Source: an uncultured Eubacteriales bacterium
GTDB taxonomy: Bacteria > Bacillota > Clostridia > Oscillospirales > Acutalibacteraceae
Assembly: GCA_934454655.1 (NCBI GenBank)
Contig: CAKSFK010000001.1
Location: forward strand, 22,358-86,357
DNA: 64,000 nucleotides
Direction: 5' to 3'
Of the stretch, positions 1-9,351 are shown one piece after another (position 1 is the stretch's first letter; each line of letters opens with the position of its first letter). The translations under genes and the position numbers were made by a program. A model generated the notes under the pieces. It was not told the DNA's origin. It did not search any database and was given only the letters and a program-made list of their open reading frames with translations.

Positions 1-159
1 GGCGCTTAGGTCCTTGCGGACCTGAACCTCGCCGAGTCCCAGTGCTCTTGCCAAAGAGGTTGCCGAAATATTCTCGGTGCCGTGGTAATTATTTTTAATA
101 TAATTCAAATAAACGGGTATTCGCCCGATAGTCGCCCTTGACACATAAGAGTTTTTCAT
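1..159 (-). CDS. rex: Redox-sensing transcriptional repressor Rex; only the N-terminal 53 codons are present because the gene runs off the left edge
   Basis: Hand translation from ATG (complement of 157-159) gives MKNSYVSRATIGRIPVYLNYIKNNYHGTENISATSLARALGLGEVQVRKDLSA. This fits the Rex winged-helix N-terminus pattern (R-x-P-x-Y..Y.., S-x-x-L-A, Q-x-R-K-D-L-S). It is absent from the ORF track because it is truncated. Confidence 0.6.
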   Translation of the reverse strand, partial: MKNSYVSRATIGRIPVYLNYIKNNYHGTENISATSLARALGLGEVQVRKDLSA

Positions 160-192
160 TTCGCAGCCCACTTTTTAAAATTTTAAAACAAT

Positions 193-513
193 TTATGCGT
201 TTGCCGCCTCGCGCTTGCCGTCGGCAATTTCGTCCAGCTTTTTGTTTCTGAAATAAAGCGCTACATCTATTGAAATTTCAATAAAGTTAAGCACATAGAA
301 GAAAAAGCTTAAATAGAACAGGAATCCGCTGCTGCCGTCCGCAACCTGTATAAACTTTCTCGCGATTCCGCAAGCGTAGCCGATAAGCAAAAACACCTCA
401 AAAAAAAGGCTTTTGCCCTTTGCGGTGCGCGAAACAATGGATTTGCGAATGGAAATAGGCCACGAAAGCCCAAAGCAGAATATAGTCAGCGCTTCAAGTA
501 AATCGGTAATCAT
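193..513 (-). CDS. Small integral membrane protein (about 3 TM helices, possibly PQ-loop/SemiSWEET-like)
   Basis: The 106-aa ORF has three hydrophobic stretches (LEALTIFCFGLSW, FFEVFLLIGYACGIA, FLFYLSFFFYVLNFIEISI). A W-P-x-S-I-R-K-S segment follows TM1 and resembles a degenerate PQ motif. The family assignment is tentative. Confidence 0.45.
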   Translation of the reverse strand: MITDLLEALTIFCFGLSWPISIRKSIVSRTAKGKSLFFEVFLLIGYACGIARKFIQVADGSSGFLFYLSFFFYVLNFIEISIDVALYFRNKKLDEIADGKREAANA

Positions 514-568
514 TTATAAACCCCTTATAAAATCCGAGGTTCGAAAAGACTTCGGATTTTTCGTTATT

Positions 569-2167
569 TTATTTTTGCCTTCTGTAATCAGGTAAAAGTT
601 TCGGAGATATGGCGTCGGTCTTAATGCCTGCCGCCTCGCGCTCGGCGTCAAATTTGTTAATGTGTTCAAGAGTTAATTTGCCCACCTTAACGTCCTTTGA
701 TTTTGCCGCCGCGTTTTTGCCCGCGGTTCTGCCGAATACGATTATATCAAGCAGAGAGTTGCCCATAAGGCGGTTTCTGCCGTGTATTCCGCCGACAGCC
801 TCGCCCGCAACATAAAGATTTTCAACGCAGGTGCTCATGCCCGTAACGTTAATATCTATACCGCCGTTCTGATAGTGCAGGGTCGGGTATACGAGTATCG
901 GCTCTTTGCGGATATCAATACCGTAGCTTGCAAACATACGCATCATAGCGGGTATTCTCTTTTCAATTGTGCCCTCGCCGCCGATTTTTTCAATCATCGG
1001 GGTATCAAGCCAAACCGCCTTGCCGCTGCCGGTGTCCACGCCCTCGTCGCGGTCGGAACATTCTCTTATGATAGAAGCCGCCGCAACATCGCGCGTTTCA
1101 AGCGGATGCATAAATACCTTACCGTCGCGGTTAACAAGCTTAGCACCCAATGAACGCACCTTTTCGGTAACAAGCGCGCCAAATATCTGCTGCGGGAAAG
1201 CCGCGCCCGTCGGGTGGTACTGAAGCGTATCGGCATACAAAAGCTTTGAGCCTACACGGTAAGCCAGCACCAGTCCGTCCGCCGTAGCGCCGTAGTGGTT
1301 AGAGGTTGGGAAGCCCTGATAGTGCATTCTGCCCGCTCCGCCCGTTGCAATAATAACGGTTTTAGCTCGCGCCACCATAAGCTCCTTGGTTTCCATATTC
1401 ATAAGCACAGCGCCCGCGGCGTTGCCGTTTTCATCAAGGATAAGCTCAATAGCCGAGGTGAAGTCCACAACCGGAATACCGCGGTTTAAAACCTCGTCGC
1501 GCAAGGTACGCATAATTTCGGCGCCCGAATAATCCTTTGCGGCGTGCATACGTTTTCTTGAAGTACCGCCGCCGTGGGTGGTAACCATTGTGCCGTCGGG
1601 CGTTTTATCAAACTCAACGCCCAGTTCATTAAGCCATTTAATAGCCTCGGGTGCGTCGCACACAAGCTTTGAAAGCAGTTCGCGCTTTGCCGCAAAATGT
1701 CCGCCGCCAAATGCGTCTACAAAGTGGATAGCCGGTGAATCGTTCGGCTTATCAGCCGCCTGAATACCGCCCTCAGCCATCATTGTGTTGGCGTCGCCTA
1801 TACGAAGCTTTGTGACTATCATAGTTTTAGCGCCGGCATTGTCAGCCTCAATTGCGGCAGACGCACCCGCGCCGCCTCCGCCGATTATAAGCACGTCAAC
1901 ATCATATGTAACATCGTTTAAATCAACATCGTCCGCCTTAATGCGGCTGTGCGCCTCAAGCATTTCGCACAGCTCGTGCGGCACCTGCTCACCCTTGTTA
2001 GGCCCTATTTTAAGGGTGGAAAACTCACTCTTTTTATAATCGGGGTGGTAAGCCGCCAAAAGGGCGTCCTTTTCGTCCGCGGTCATACGGCGCGGCTCTA
2101 ATGCAATGTTATCTTCTCTTGCAGCCTCAACCGCCTTTAAAGATTTTTCAAATTCTTTTGAATACAT
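569..2167 (-). CDS. Soluble fumarate reductase/succinate dehydrogenase-family flavoprotein (FrdA/TfrA-like, non-covalent FAD predicted)
   Basis: It has the dinucleotide fold DVLIIGGGGAGASAA, the active-site motif QYHPTG, and the C-terminal motif GGIHGRNRLMGNSLLD typical of the SdhA/FrdA/NadB family. The His that binds FAD covalently in SdhA/FrdA (R-S-H-T-x-A-A-x-G-G) is replaced here (GDANTMMAEGGI). It is the last gene of the hdr/flx operon. Confidence 0.8.
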   Translation of the reverse strand: MYSKEFEKSLKAVEAAREDNIALEPRRMTADEKDALLAAYHPDYKKSEFSTLKIGPNKGEQVPHELCEMLEAHSRIKADDVDLNDVTYDVDVLIIGGGGAGASAAIEADNAGAKTMIVTKLRIGDANTMMAEGGIQAADKPNDSPAIHFVDAFGGGHFAAKRELLSKLVCDAPEAIKWLNELGVEFDKTPDGTMVTTHGGGTSRKRMHAAKDYSGAEIMRTLRDEVLNRGIPVVDFTSAIELILDENGNAAGAVLMNMETKELMVARAKTVIIATGGAGRMHYQGFPTSNHYGATADGLVLAYRVGSKLLYADTLQYHPTGAAFPQQIFGALVTEKVRSLGAKLVNRDGKVFMHPLETRDVAAASIIRECSDRDEGVDTGSGKAVWLDTPMIEKIGGEGTIEKRIPAMMRMFASYGIDIRKEPILVYPTLHYQNGGIDINVTGMSTCVENLYVAGEAVGGIHGRNRLMGNSLLDIIVFGRTAGKNAAAKSKDVKVGKLTLEHINKFDAEREAAGIKTDAISPKLLPDYRRQK

Positions 2168-2182
2168 AATCTGCGCGCCTCC

Positions 2183-2857
2183 TTATTTCTCAATTTCGCG
2201 GTTGTTGTAAAGCTCTTTAAGTTCTTCAACCGGCTTGCCCATAAGCGACTCTATAATCTCGGTAAACGCGCCCTCTTTAATCTCTTCAACGCGTTTTTCT
2301 AAGTGTTCGGACTTAGGTTCTATATACTTGCCGTTAAGTCTGCGCGCGAGCATTGCAACCTGCGGATGCGAAATACCCGCAGGACAGCGCGAAGAGCACA
2401 CGCCGCACATAACGCAGTCGAACGATTCTTCGGCGCACTTATCAAATTCGCCGCGCTGAGCATACGCTATGTACTGCATAACGTTAAGCGACTGAGTACA
2501 GCTTTTTGTGCAGGCGTTACAGCCTACGCAGGCGTAAATTTCGGGGTAAAGCTGCATCATAATCTGTTCGGTAGGTTTAATTTTTTCAATATCGTAAACC
2601 TGTTTTACAAGCGGGAAGAAAGGCAGAGTTGCAACATACATATTGTTCTCAACCTTGGTCTGGCAGGCAAGGCAGGTTTTAAGCTCACGGTCGCCCTTTA
2701 TGCGGTAAATTGTGGCACATGCGCCGCAGAAACCGTTACGGCAGCCGCAGCCGCGCACCAGCTGATAGCCCGCGTATTCCATTGCGCGCATTATTGTAAG
2801 GTTATCCGGCACGCTGTATTTCTTGCCGAACAGGTAAACATCAACCATAGTATCCAT
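2183..2857 (-). CDS. Iron-sulfur subunit, SdhB/FrdB-like (N-terminal 2Fe-2S-type Cys cluster plus two CxxCxxCxxxC(P) clusters)
   Basis: CGCRNGFCGACATIY...C forms a plant-ferredoxin-like motif. CVGCNACTKSC and CVMCGVCSSRCP are cubane-cluster motifs. It lies 15 nt upstream of the flavoprotein gene. Confidence 0.7.
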   Translation of the reverse strand: MDTMVDVYLFGKKYSVPDNLTIMRAMEYAGYQLVRGCGCRNGFCGACATIYRIKGDRELKTCLACQTKVENNMYVATLPFFPLVKQVYDIEKIKPTEQIMMQLYPEIYACVGCNACTKSCTQSLNVMQYIAYAQRGEFDKCAEESFDCVMCGVCSSRCPAGISHPQVAMLARRLNGKYIEPKSEHLEKRVEEIKEGAFTEIIESLMGKPVEELKELYNNREIEK

Positions 2858-2879
2858 TTGTTTTCCTCCTTATTCCTTA

Positions 2880-3713
2880 TTAGTACTCGTCGGGCAGCTC
2901 GTCTATTTCGTCAAAGCGGAAAACGGGTCCGTCCTTGCAGACATATTTTGCGCCTATATTGCATCTGCCGCATTTGCCTATGCCGCACTTCATTCTAAGC
3001 TCCATCGTGGTGTAGACCTGAGTTTTATCAAAGCCCAGCTCCTGAAGCCCTGCAAGGGTGAACTTAATCATTATAGGCGGTCCGCAAAGTATGGCGATCT
3101 TATCGGTTGTAAAGCCCAGTTCCTTAACGTAATTCGGAACAAAGCCAACGTGACCGTCCCACTCGGGCTGTTCGCGGTCAATGGTAAGGTGAACATTTAC
3201 GCCTGTATCCTTTGCCCATTCGTCGATAATTTCCTTGTAGTCAACAAGGTCCTGCATACTGCGAGAGCCGTAAACTATGTCTATCTTGCCGTAGCGGTCA
3301 CGGTAGTGACGGCAGTAGTTAATAACCGAACGCAGAGGAGCCAAACCTATGCCGCCGGCAACGAAAAGCAGGTCGTGACCCGCAAATTCGGTGTCAACGG
3401 GGAAAGGTCTGCCGTAGGGTCCGCGAATGGTTATTTCCTGACCTACTTCCATTGAGTGCAGCCACTCTGTAACACAGCCGCATTTCTTAATTGAAAACTC
3501 CATAAACTCGGTGTTTGTGGGGGAAGATGTAATTGAGAACATAGCCTCGCCCACACCGGGAACGGAAAGCATAGCGCACTGACCCGGCATATGCTCAAAA
3601 GCCTTTTTGCCGTCCGGCGTTACAACGCGGAAGGTCTTAACATCGGGAGTATCTATCCTTATATCGGTAACAACGCCGATCTTCGGTATAAGCGGTTCTT
3701 TAATATCAGCCAT
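2880..3713 (-). CDS. flxA: FAD/NAD(P)H-binding oxidoreductase with C-terminal 2Fe-2S (FlxA / AsrB / HydG / PyrK-like)
   Basis: It has a ferredoxin-reductase-type fold (RPFPV.., LLFVAGGIGLAPL NAD(P)-binding motif). The C-terminal CGIGKCGRCNIG..YVCKDGPVF motif is typical of this family. Confidence 0.8.
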   Translation of the reverse strand: MADIKEPLIPKIGVVTDIRIDTPDVKTFRVVTPDGKKAFEHMPGQCAMLSVPGVGEAMFSITSSPTNTEFMEFSIKKCGCVTEWLHSMEVGQEITIRGPYGRPFPVDTEFAGHDLLFVAGGIGLAPLRSVINYCRHYRDRYGKIDIVYGSRSMQDLVDYKEIIDEWAKDTGVNVHLTIDREQPEWDGHVGFVPNYVKELGFTTDKIAILCGPPIMIKFTLAGLQELGFDKTQVYTTMELRMKCGIGKCGRCNIGAKYVCKDGPVFRFDEIDELPDEY

Positions 3714-4737
3714 TTGTGTTGCCCCCCAACTTTTTCATTACCTTTACAATGTTCATCTGTATCGGACATTTTGCAAGACATCTGCCGCAGCCCACGCAGG
3801 AGAACATACCGTCGTTATTAGTCGGGAAATACACAAGCTTGTGCATAAACCTCTGGCGAAAGCGCTCCAGCTGTGTAAGTCTTGGCTGACCCGCGGACAT
3901 TTTGGTAAATTCGGAATACATACAGGAATCCCAGCAGCGGAAACGCTTAACGCCGTGACCGGTGTTGAAGTCCTTAATATCGTAGCACTGGCAGGTGGGG
4001 CACACAAAGGTGCAGGTGCCGCAGCCAAGGCAGCTTTCGGAAAGTTCTTTCCACTCGGGGCGGTCGAAAAATTCCTTTGTTTTGCCGCTGCCGAATGCGT
4101 CGGCTTTAAGGCCCGCCAGCGGCAGTTTTGCCATACGCTCGCGCGTTACCTTTTGCTGCTCGGTAACTGCCTTATCATCGGCGTTTTCGGTAATGCCGTC
4201 AAGCGCCTTTAAAAGCTTTTCGCCCTTTTCGGTCCTAGCGTCCATATAAAGCGCGTCTTCTGTCTTATAGCATACCACATCGCCAGCAGGCTCTGCCGCA
4301 TCTATGCCGAAGGCGGTGCAGAAACAGGTTTCATTCGGCTTTGTGCAGGCAAGCGACATGATAACCCCGTGCTCGCGGCGGTTTTTATAATAGCTGTCCT
4401 GCGGCTCTGCCAAAAACACTTTATCAAGCACATCAAAGCTCTTAACATCACAGGCACGCACGCCGAAAACCACAAAATCCTCGGTTTCGCTGCGGGTGTC
4501 TATAACCTCGATTTTCTTGCCCTCAACCTTAAAATCCATAAGATTTTCGGTTTGGGGGAAGAAGAAATCCTTTGCGCTCCTTACGGTGTTAAGCGAATCG
4601 GACAGCTTTTTGCCGTTCTCCCATTCTTCATATTTCGCGCCTGTTTTGGTATCAACCGGCATATAAAGCACATTGTTTTCTGCAATGGCGGAGAAAAGCG
4701 AATCTAATTTTTCAAGCGATATTTTACGCATTTTCAT
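3706..4737 (-). CDS. flxB: 4Fe-4S cluster protein, FlxB / AsrA / sulfhydrogenase-beta-like
   Basis: Cys motifs are CTKPNETCFC, CLGCGTCTFVCPTCQC and CVGCGRCLAKCP. It overlaps flxA by 8 nt and flxC by 14 nt, which suggests translational coupling. Confidence 0.7.
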   Translation of the reverse strand: MKMRKISLEKLDSLFSAIAENNVLYMPVDTKTGAKYEEWENGKKLSDSLNTVRSAKDFFFPQTENLMDFKVEGKKIEVIDTRSETEDFVVFGVRACDVKSFDVLDKVFLAEPQDSYYKNRREHGVIMSLACTKPNETCFCTAFGIDAAEPAGDVVCYKTEDALYMDARTEKGEKLLKALDGITENADDKAVTEQQKVTRERMAKLPLAGLKADAFGSGKTKEFFDRPEWKELSESCLGCGTCTFVCPTCQCYDIKDFNTGHGVKRFRCWDSCMYSEFTKMSAGQPRLTQLERFRQRFMHKLVYFPTNNDGMFSCVGCGRCLAKCPIQMNIVKVMKKLGGNTNG

Positions 4738-5713
4738 TCCTCCTTACAGCGTCGCCGGGCTCAATATCCTCGGTGGTGTAGTTTACTATCGGGGCGCGCG
4801 AGCCTACCTCGGCTCCTGCCTGATATTCACCGTAAAAGCTGTCAATATCCTTTATAAACTTGCGGTTAAGCAGGTGCAGCGGAATGTGCTGGGGACATAC
4901 CCTTGAGCACTCGCCGCAATCGGTACATCTGCCCGCAACGTGGAAAGCGCGGATAATGTGGAACATTTTTTCTTCAAACTCGTTTGAAGCCGCCTTGTTT
5001 TCGACGCCTGAATTGGGGTTATCAAACACGCACTTTTCGCAGGTGCAGGCGGGGCAAACGTCGCGGCAGGCGTTACAGCGTATGCAGCGCGATAATTCGT
5101 TCTGCCAGAAAGCGAAACGCTCGTCGGGCGTCATTTTTTCAAGTTTTTCAACCTCATCAAAACGGTGTGAGTCAAGAACAGTCCCGTCCTCGCCCAAAAG
5201 CTCGTCGTAAGCCACATGCTTTTTGGATTTGCAGTTAAGACAGCGGTCGGGCAAAAGCTCGTTTCTGTCAAGCGTGATTTCACCGTCAAACAGGGTTTCT
5301 ATTGTCACTTTGTCGCCGTTATCGGTCACTTTTGCAATGCCTTCGGCACTGCTTTTTATTTTGCCCATATCAAGCATACCGTTACACGGAACGCCCACGG
5401 CGTAAACCTTTTCGCGGTCAAAGCGATGCTCGGTTAAAAGCTGATTAAAGCTGTATGTATCGCAGGGCTTTAAGAAAACAAGAACCTTGTTTTCGCTCTT
5501 TCCCGTTTCCTTTACAAGGTACTTTGAAAAGTTAGCGCCGCAAAAATCGCCCCATACAAACTCTTTTTCAATATCCTCGGCAGTAGTGAAAAGCGCGGGA
5601 GTGATATCGTAATCAAACTCGCCCTTTTTCCAACCGAAAACTCGGTCAACCGTGCCGTTTTTAAGCAATTCGGAGGCTTTATTTACTAAAACTTCGCGTT
5701 TTATTTCTTGCAT
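4724..5713 (-). CDS. flxC: 4Fe-4S cluster protein, FlxC-like (paralogue of the preceding FlxB-like protein)
   Basis: Cys motifs are CIRCNACRDVCPACTCEKC and CTDCGECSRVCP. The N-terminal LKPCDTYSF segment resembles that of FlxB. It overlaps both neighbours. Confidence 0.65.
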   Translation of the reverse strand: MQEIKREVLVNKASELLKNGTVDRVFGWKKGEFDYDITPALFTTAEDIEKEFVWGDFCGANFSKYLVKETGKSENKVLVFLKPCDTYSFNQLLTEHRFDREKVYAVGVPCNGMLDMGKIKSSAEGIAKVTDNGDKVTIETLFDGEITLDRNELLPDRCLNCKSKKHVAYDELLGEDGTVLDSHRFDEVEKLEKMTPDERFAFWQNELSRCIRCNACRDVCPACTCEKCVFDNPNSGVENKAASNEFEEKMFHIIRAFHVAGRCTDCGECSRVCPQHIPLHLLNRKFIKDIDSFYGEYQAGAEVGSRAPIVNYTTEDIEPGDAVRRNENA

Positions 5714-6135
5714 CTTAAATCCTCCAATCTCTTGTTTTCGCCAAGCGCCGCAACGGTCTTTGCAAAATCATTCATTGTGGCGGCAAACTTTGCGCCCTCT
5801 GCCGCGGATACCCACTCAACGCGGGTGCGTTCCTTTTCAATGCCTAAAAAGTCAAGCATTGAGAAAAGCAAAGCCATACGGCGGCGGGTGTAATAGTTAC
5901 CCGAGGTGTAGTGGCAGTCGCCGGGGTGGCAGCCGCAGAGAATTACGCCGTCTGCCCCGCGCTGAAACGCGCGTAAAATAAACATCGGGTTTACCCTGCA
6001 CGAGCAGGGAACACGGATTATTTTAACATCGGCAGGGTAATTAAGTCTGTTATTTCCCGCAAGGTCCGCTCCGGCATAGGAACACCAGTTGCAGCAAAAC
6101 GCCACTATAAGCGGCTTATATTCATTTACTTGCAT
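5701..6135 (-). CDS. mvhD: Methyl-viologen-reducing hydrogenase delta subunit homologue (MvhD/FlxD)
   Basis: It has the diagnostic N-terminus IVAFCCNWCSYAGADLAG followed by RVPCSCRV and ILCGCHPGDCHY. It is 144 aa and overlaps hdrA by 10 nt. Confidence 0.85.
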   Translation of the reverse strand: MQVNEYKPLIVAFCCNWCSYAGADLAGNNRLNYPADVKIIRVPCSCRVNPMFILRAFQRGADGVILCGCHPGDCHYTSGNYYTRRRMALLFSMLDFLGIEKERTRVEWVSAAEGAKFAATMNDFAKTVAALGENKRLEDLRCKK

Positions 6136-8120
6136 ATCGCGTCTACCTCCGCCATAATCTGTTTATTCATAAAGCCCTTTAAGTCCATAGCGCCGGACAT
6201 ACAGGCAACCGTACAAGCGCCGCAACCCTGGCACACAGCCTCGTTTACAACCGCTACGCGGCGGACTTTTGTGGTTCTGTCGGGCATTCTGAATTCTTTT
6301 TCAACATAGGAAATCGCGCCGTAGGGGCAAACCTTTTCGCAGGTTGAGCAGCCGTTGCACATCATCTCGTCCGAGTGCGCGACGCACGGGTTACCCGTAA
6401 GCTTATCTTTACAGAGGAGTCCTATAACCTTAGAGGCAGCCGCTCCCGCCTGGGAAACGGTTTCGGGTATATCCTTAGGACCTTGGCATGTACCCGAAAG
6501 GAACACGCCCGCAGTGGGGCTTTCAACCGGGCGAAGCTTGGGGTGCGCCTCGGTAAAGAAGTCGTTTGTATCCATACTGGCAGTAAGCATTGTAGCAAGC
6601 GGACGGGCGGATTTATCCGGCTCGATAGCGGCGGCAAGCACCACTAAGTCGGCGTCTATATGCAGCTGTTTGCCGTAAATTAAATCGGAGCCCTGTACTT
6701 TTAGCTTATTGCCCTCGGGAGAAACCTTGCCGACCATACCCTTTATGTAGTGAACGCCGTATTCCTCAACCGCGCGGCGGTAGAACTCATCAAAGTTTTT
6801 GCCGGGGGTACGCACGTCTATATAGAATACATAAACTTCGGTATCGGGGTATTTATCCCTTATAAGCATTGCGTGCTTTGCGGTATACATACAGCAAATC
6901 TTAGAGCAATATTCCTTGCCCTTTTCGGAGCAGGCCTCGCACCTTGAGCCCACGCACTGAACAAATACTATTGTGTGCGGATGCTCCCGGTCTGACGGGC
7001 GCAAAAGCGTACCGCCCGTAGGACCTGCCGCGTTCATAAGGCGCTCTAATTCAAGCGAGGTTATAACGTCTTTGGACTGTGAGTACGCAAACTCATCAAA
7101 CTTCTCCATAGAAATGGGGTTAAAGCCTGTTGCGACTACTATTGCGCCGTACTTTTCCTTAACGAACTCGTCCTTTGCCTCGTAATCGATAGCGCCGGCG
7201 GAGCATACCTTAGAGCAAACGCCGCACTTGCCCGTTTTAAGCTTCATACAGTGATTCGGGTCGATAGTAGCGACCTTCGGCACTGCCTGAGCAAAAGGAA
7301 TATAAATAGCACTGCGGTTATCCATACCGAGGTTAAACTCGTTGGGAACCTTTTTCTGCGGACATTTTTCGGTGCAAAGTCCGCAGCCGGTGCATATATC
7401 CTCTTTAACATAACGCGCGCGGCGCTTGATTGTAACCTCAAAGTTACCCACAAATCCGCCCACCTCGGTTACCTCCGAGTATGAGAAGATGCGGATTTTA
7501 TCGTTCTGCGCCACATCCACCATTTTAGGCGTTAAAATACAGGCGGCGCAGTCAAGCGTGGGGAAAGTTTTATCAAGCTGAGCCATTTTGCCGCCTATTG
7601 TCGGCTTGGTTTCAACTATATCAACGGGGAAGCCCGCGTCGGCAATGTCAAGCGCGGTCTGAATGCCCGCAATACCGCCGCCTATAACCAAGGCGCGCTT
7701 TGTAACAGGGCTTTCGCCCGGGGTGAGCGGCGCGTTAAGGTTTACCTTTGCAACCGCCGCTTTGGCAAGTATGATTGCCTTTTCGGTGCCTATGGGCATT
7801 TCTTTATGTACCCAAGAACATTGCTCGCGGATATTTGCAATCTCCACCATATAGGGGTTAAGCCCCGCGGCAGCCGCGGTCTTGCGGAATGTGGCTTCGT
7901 GCATACGGGGAGAGCATGAACATACCACAATGCCCGTAAGCTTATACTCGGCTATTGCGTTTTTAATGATCTCCTGACCCGCCTGTGAGCACATATACTG
8001 ATAATCGGTGGAGAAAACAACACCGGGTTCATTTTTAATAGCGTCCGCAACGGCTTTAACATCAACGGTTCCCGCAATGTTTGTGCCGCAGTGACATACG
8101 AATACTCCGATTCTTTGCAT
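6126..8120 (-). CDS. hdrA: Heterodisulfide reductase subunit A-like flavoprotein (HdrA)
   Basis: It has the N-terminal GVFVCHCGTNI motif and the FAD fold ALVIGGGIAGIQTALDIADAG. Several ferredoxin motifs are present (CTGCGLCTEKCP, CGVCSKVCS, CNGCSTCEKVCP, CQGCGACTVAC). Length is 664 aa. Confidence 0.9.
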   Translation of the reverse strand: MQRIGVFVCHCGTNIAGTVDVKAVADAIKNEPGVVFSTDYQYMCSQAGQEIIKNAIAEYKLTGIVVCSCSPRMHEATFRKTAAAAGLNPYMVEIANIREQCSWVHKEMPIGTEKAIILAKAAVAKVNLNAPLTPGESPVTKRALVIGGGIAGIQTALDIADAGFPVDIVETKPTIGGKMAQLDKTFPTLDCAACILTPKMVDVAQNDKIRIFSYSEVTEVGGFVGNFEVTIKRRARYVKEDICTGCGLCTEKCPQKKVPNEFNLGMDNRSAIYIPFAQAVPKVATIDPNHCMKLKTGKCGVCSKVCSAGAIDYEAKDEFVKEKYGAIVVATGFNPISMEKFDEFAYSQSKDVITSLELERLMNAAGPTGGTLLRPSDREHPHTIVFVQCVGSRCEACSEKGKEYCSKICCMYTAKHAMLIRDKYPDTEVYVFYIDVRTPGKNFDEFYRRAVEEYGVHYIKGMVGKVSPEGNKLKVQGSDLIYGKQLHIDADLVVLAAAIEPDKSARPLATMLTASMDTNDFFTEAHPKLRPVESPTAGVFLSGTCQGPKDIPETVSQAGAAASKVIGLLCKDKLTGNPCVAHSDEMMCNGCSTCEKVCPYGAISYVEKEFRMPDRTTKVRRVAVVNEAVCQGCGACTVACMSGAMDLKGFMNKQIMAEVDAICK

Positions 8121-8138
8121 AAGTTATTTTCTCCTTTC

Positions 8139-8531
8139 TTATTTGGAATATTTACGCATGGCGCTCATAATCGCCTGCTGGGGAATATCATCATTGATTT
8201 TTTCGGGAATATCGTTTGCGGTCATATGATTGTTTCCCTTTTGGCGGATAACCTCAAGGCGCACCGCTTCAATAATCTTTGCCGGCTCCACACCGCGGGG
8301 ACAGCGCTCAACGCAGGCAAAGCAGGAAAGACATTTGTAAACCGATTCCGATTTCATAAGGGTTTCAATATCGCCCGTTTCCACCATATAAACAAACTGG
8401 TGGGGATGATATTCCATTTCATCATACGAAGGGCAGGTACCCGAGCATTTGCCGCAGCGCATACATTTAAGAGGATTAACGCCGCTCGCTCTTATAACCT
8501 GTTCCTTTAAAAGCTCTTTTTTATCAGTCAT
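8139..8531 (-). CDS. hdrC: Heterodisulfide reductase subunit C-like (HdrC)
   Basis: The 130-aa protein has two cluster motifs, CMRCGKCSGTCP and CLSCFACVERCP. It overlaps hdrB by 8 nt. Confidence 0.8.
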   Translation of the reverse strand: MTDKKELLKEQVIRASGVNPLKCMRCGKCSGTCPSYDEMEYHPHQFVYMVETGDIETLMKSESVYKCLSCFACVERCPRGVEPAKIIEAVRLEVIRQKGNNHMTANDIPEKINDDIPQQAIMSAMRKYSK

Positions 8532-9330
8532 TTGTATCCTCCTTTACGCCGAGGGCTTCAGCCAATAATTCCGTGAAGTACACAATCGGTATATTACTGC
8601 CGTTATGCACTAAGTTGTACTTGCAAAGCGGACATGCGGTAACCGCCAGCTCCGCGCCGTGGCTTTCGGCGCTGTTTGTGACGGAGTTGCTTTTGCGGCG
8701 GGCGCTCTCGGGGTCCTCAAGCGCAACGTAACCGCCGCAGCACTCGTTCCTGTAAGGGTAAATTACGGGTTCTGCGCCCAATGCCCTTATAAAATCCTCC
8801 ATAATTTTCGGATTTTCGGGGTCGTCAAACGCCATTACCTTGCCGGGGCGCAAAAGCAGACAGCCGTAATAAGCGGCAATTTTTCTGCCCGTTAATGGGT
8901 TTACAACCTTTTCTTTGATTTTATCAAAACCCACAACGTCACGCAAAAGCTCTAAATAGTGCATAACCTTTGCCTCGCCCGAATAAGGCTCTCTTTTTTC
9001 CTTATCCTGTGAAAGATACAGGTTAGCGCGGTTTCTGAAGGTTTCGTCGTTCGCTATTTGATAATTCGTTTGTTTAATAACGTTATGGCAGGCGGAACAT
9101 ACCGTGACAAGGGGTCTGTCCGCCTCTTTAGCGGCTATAAGCGCACGAACCGAGGAAAGCTTTGAGGCTATCTCGTCGTTATTGCTTACAAACACGCCGC
9201 CGCAGCACTGCCAGTTCTCTATCTCGCATAATTCAACGCCCAAAACCTCGGCGCATCTGCGGGCATAAAGGTCAAGCTGTTTGGCTTTTGTGCGGAGCGT
9301 GCAGCCGGGAAAATAACTGACCTTAATCAT
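8524..9330 (-). CDS. hdrB: Heterodisulfide reductase subunit B-like (HdrB, two CCG domains)
   Basis: Two CCG-domain signatures are present: FPGC...WQCCGG...CSAC and YYGC...NECCGG...CPLC. Confidence 0.85.
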   Translation of the reverse strand: MIKVSYFPGCTLRTKAKQLDLYARRCAEVLGVELCEIENWQCCGGVFVSNNDEIASKLSSVRALIAAKEADRPLVTVCSACHNVIKQTNYQIANDETFRNRANLYLSQDKEKREPYSGEAKVMHYLELLRDVVGFDKIKEKVVNPLTGRKIAAYYGCLLLRPGKVMAFDDPENPKIMEDFIRALGAEPVIYPYRNECCGGYVALEDPESARRKSNSVTNSAESHGAELAVTACPLCKYNLVHNGSNIPIVYFTELLAEALGVKEDTND

Positions 9331-9351
9331 TATTTTTCCTCCCTGAAAAAA

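Noticed and set aside
6126-9330. HdrABC/MvhD taken as evidence of a methanogen, or of CoM-S-S-CoB metabolism.
   Set aside because: The rest of the window is unmistakably bacterial Firmicute: sporulation genes, sortase, T-boxes, CIRCE and Rnf. Bacterial Hdr/Flx homologues are well known to act on other acceptors.
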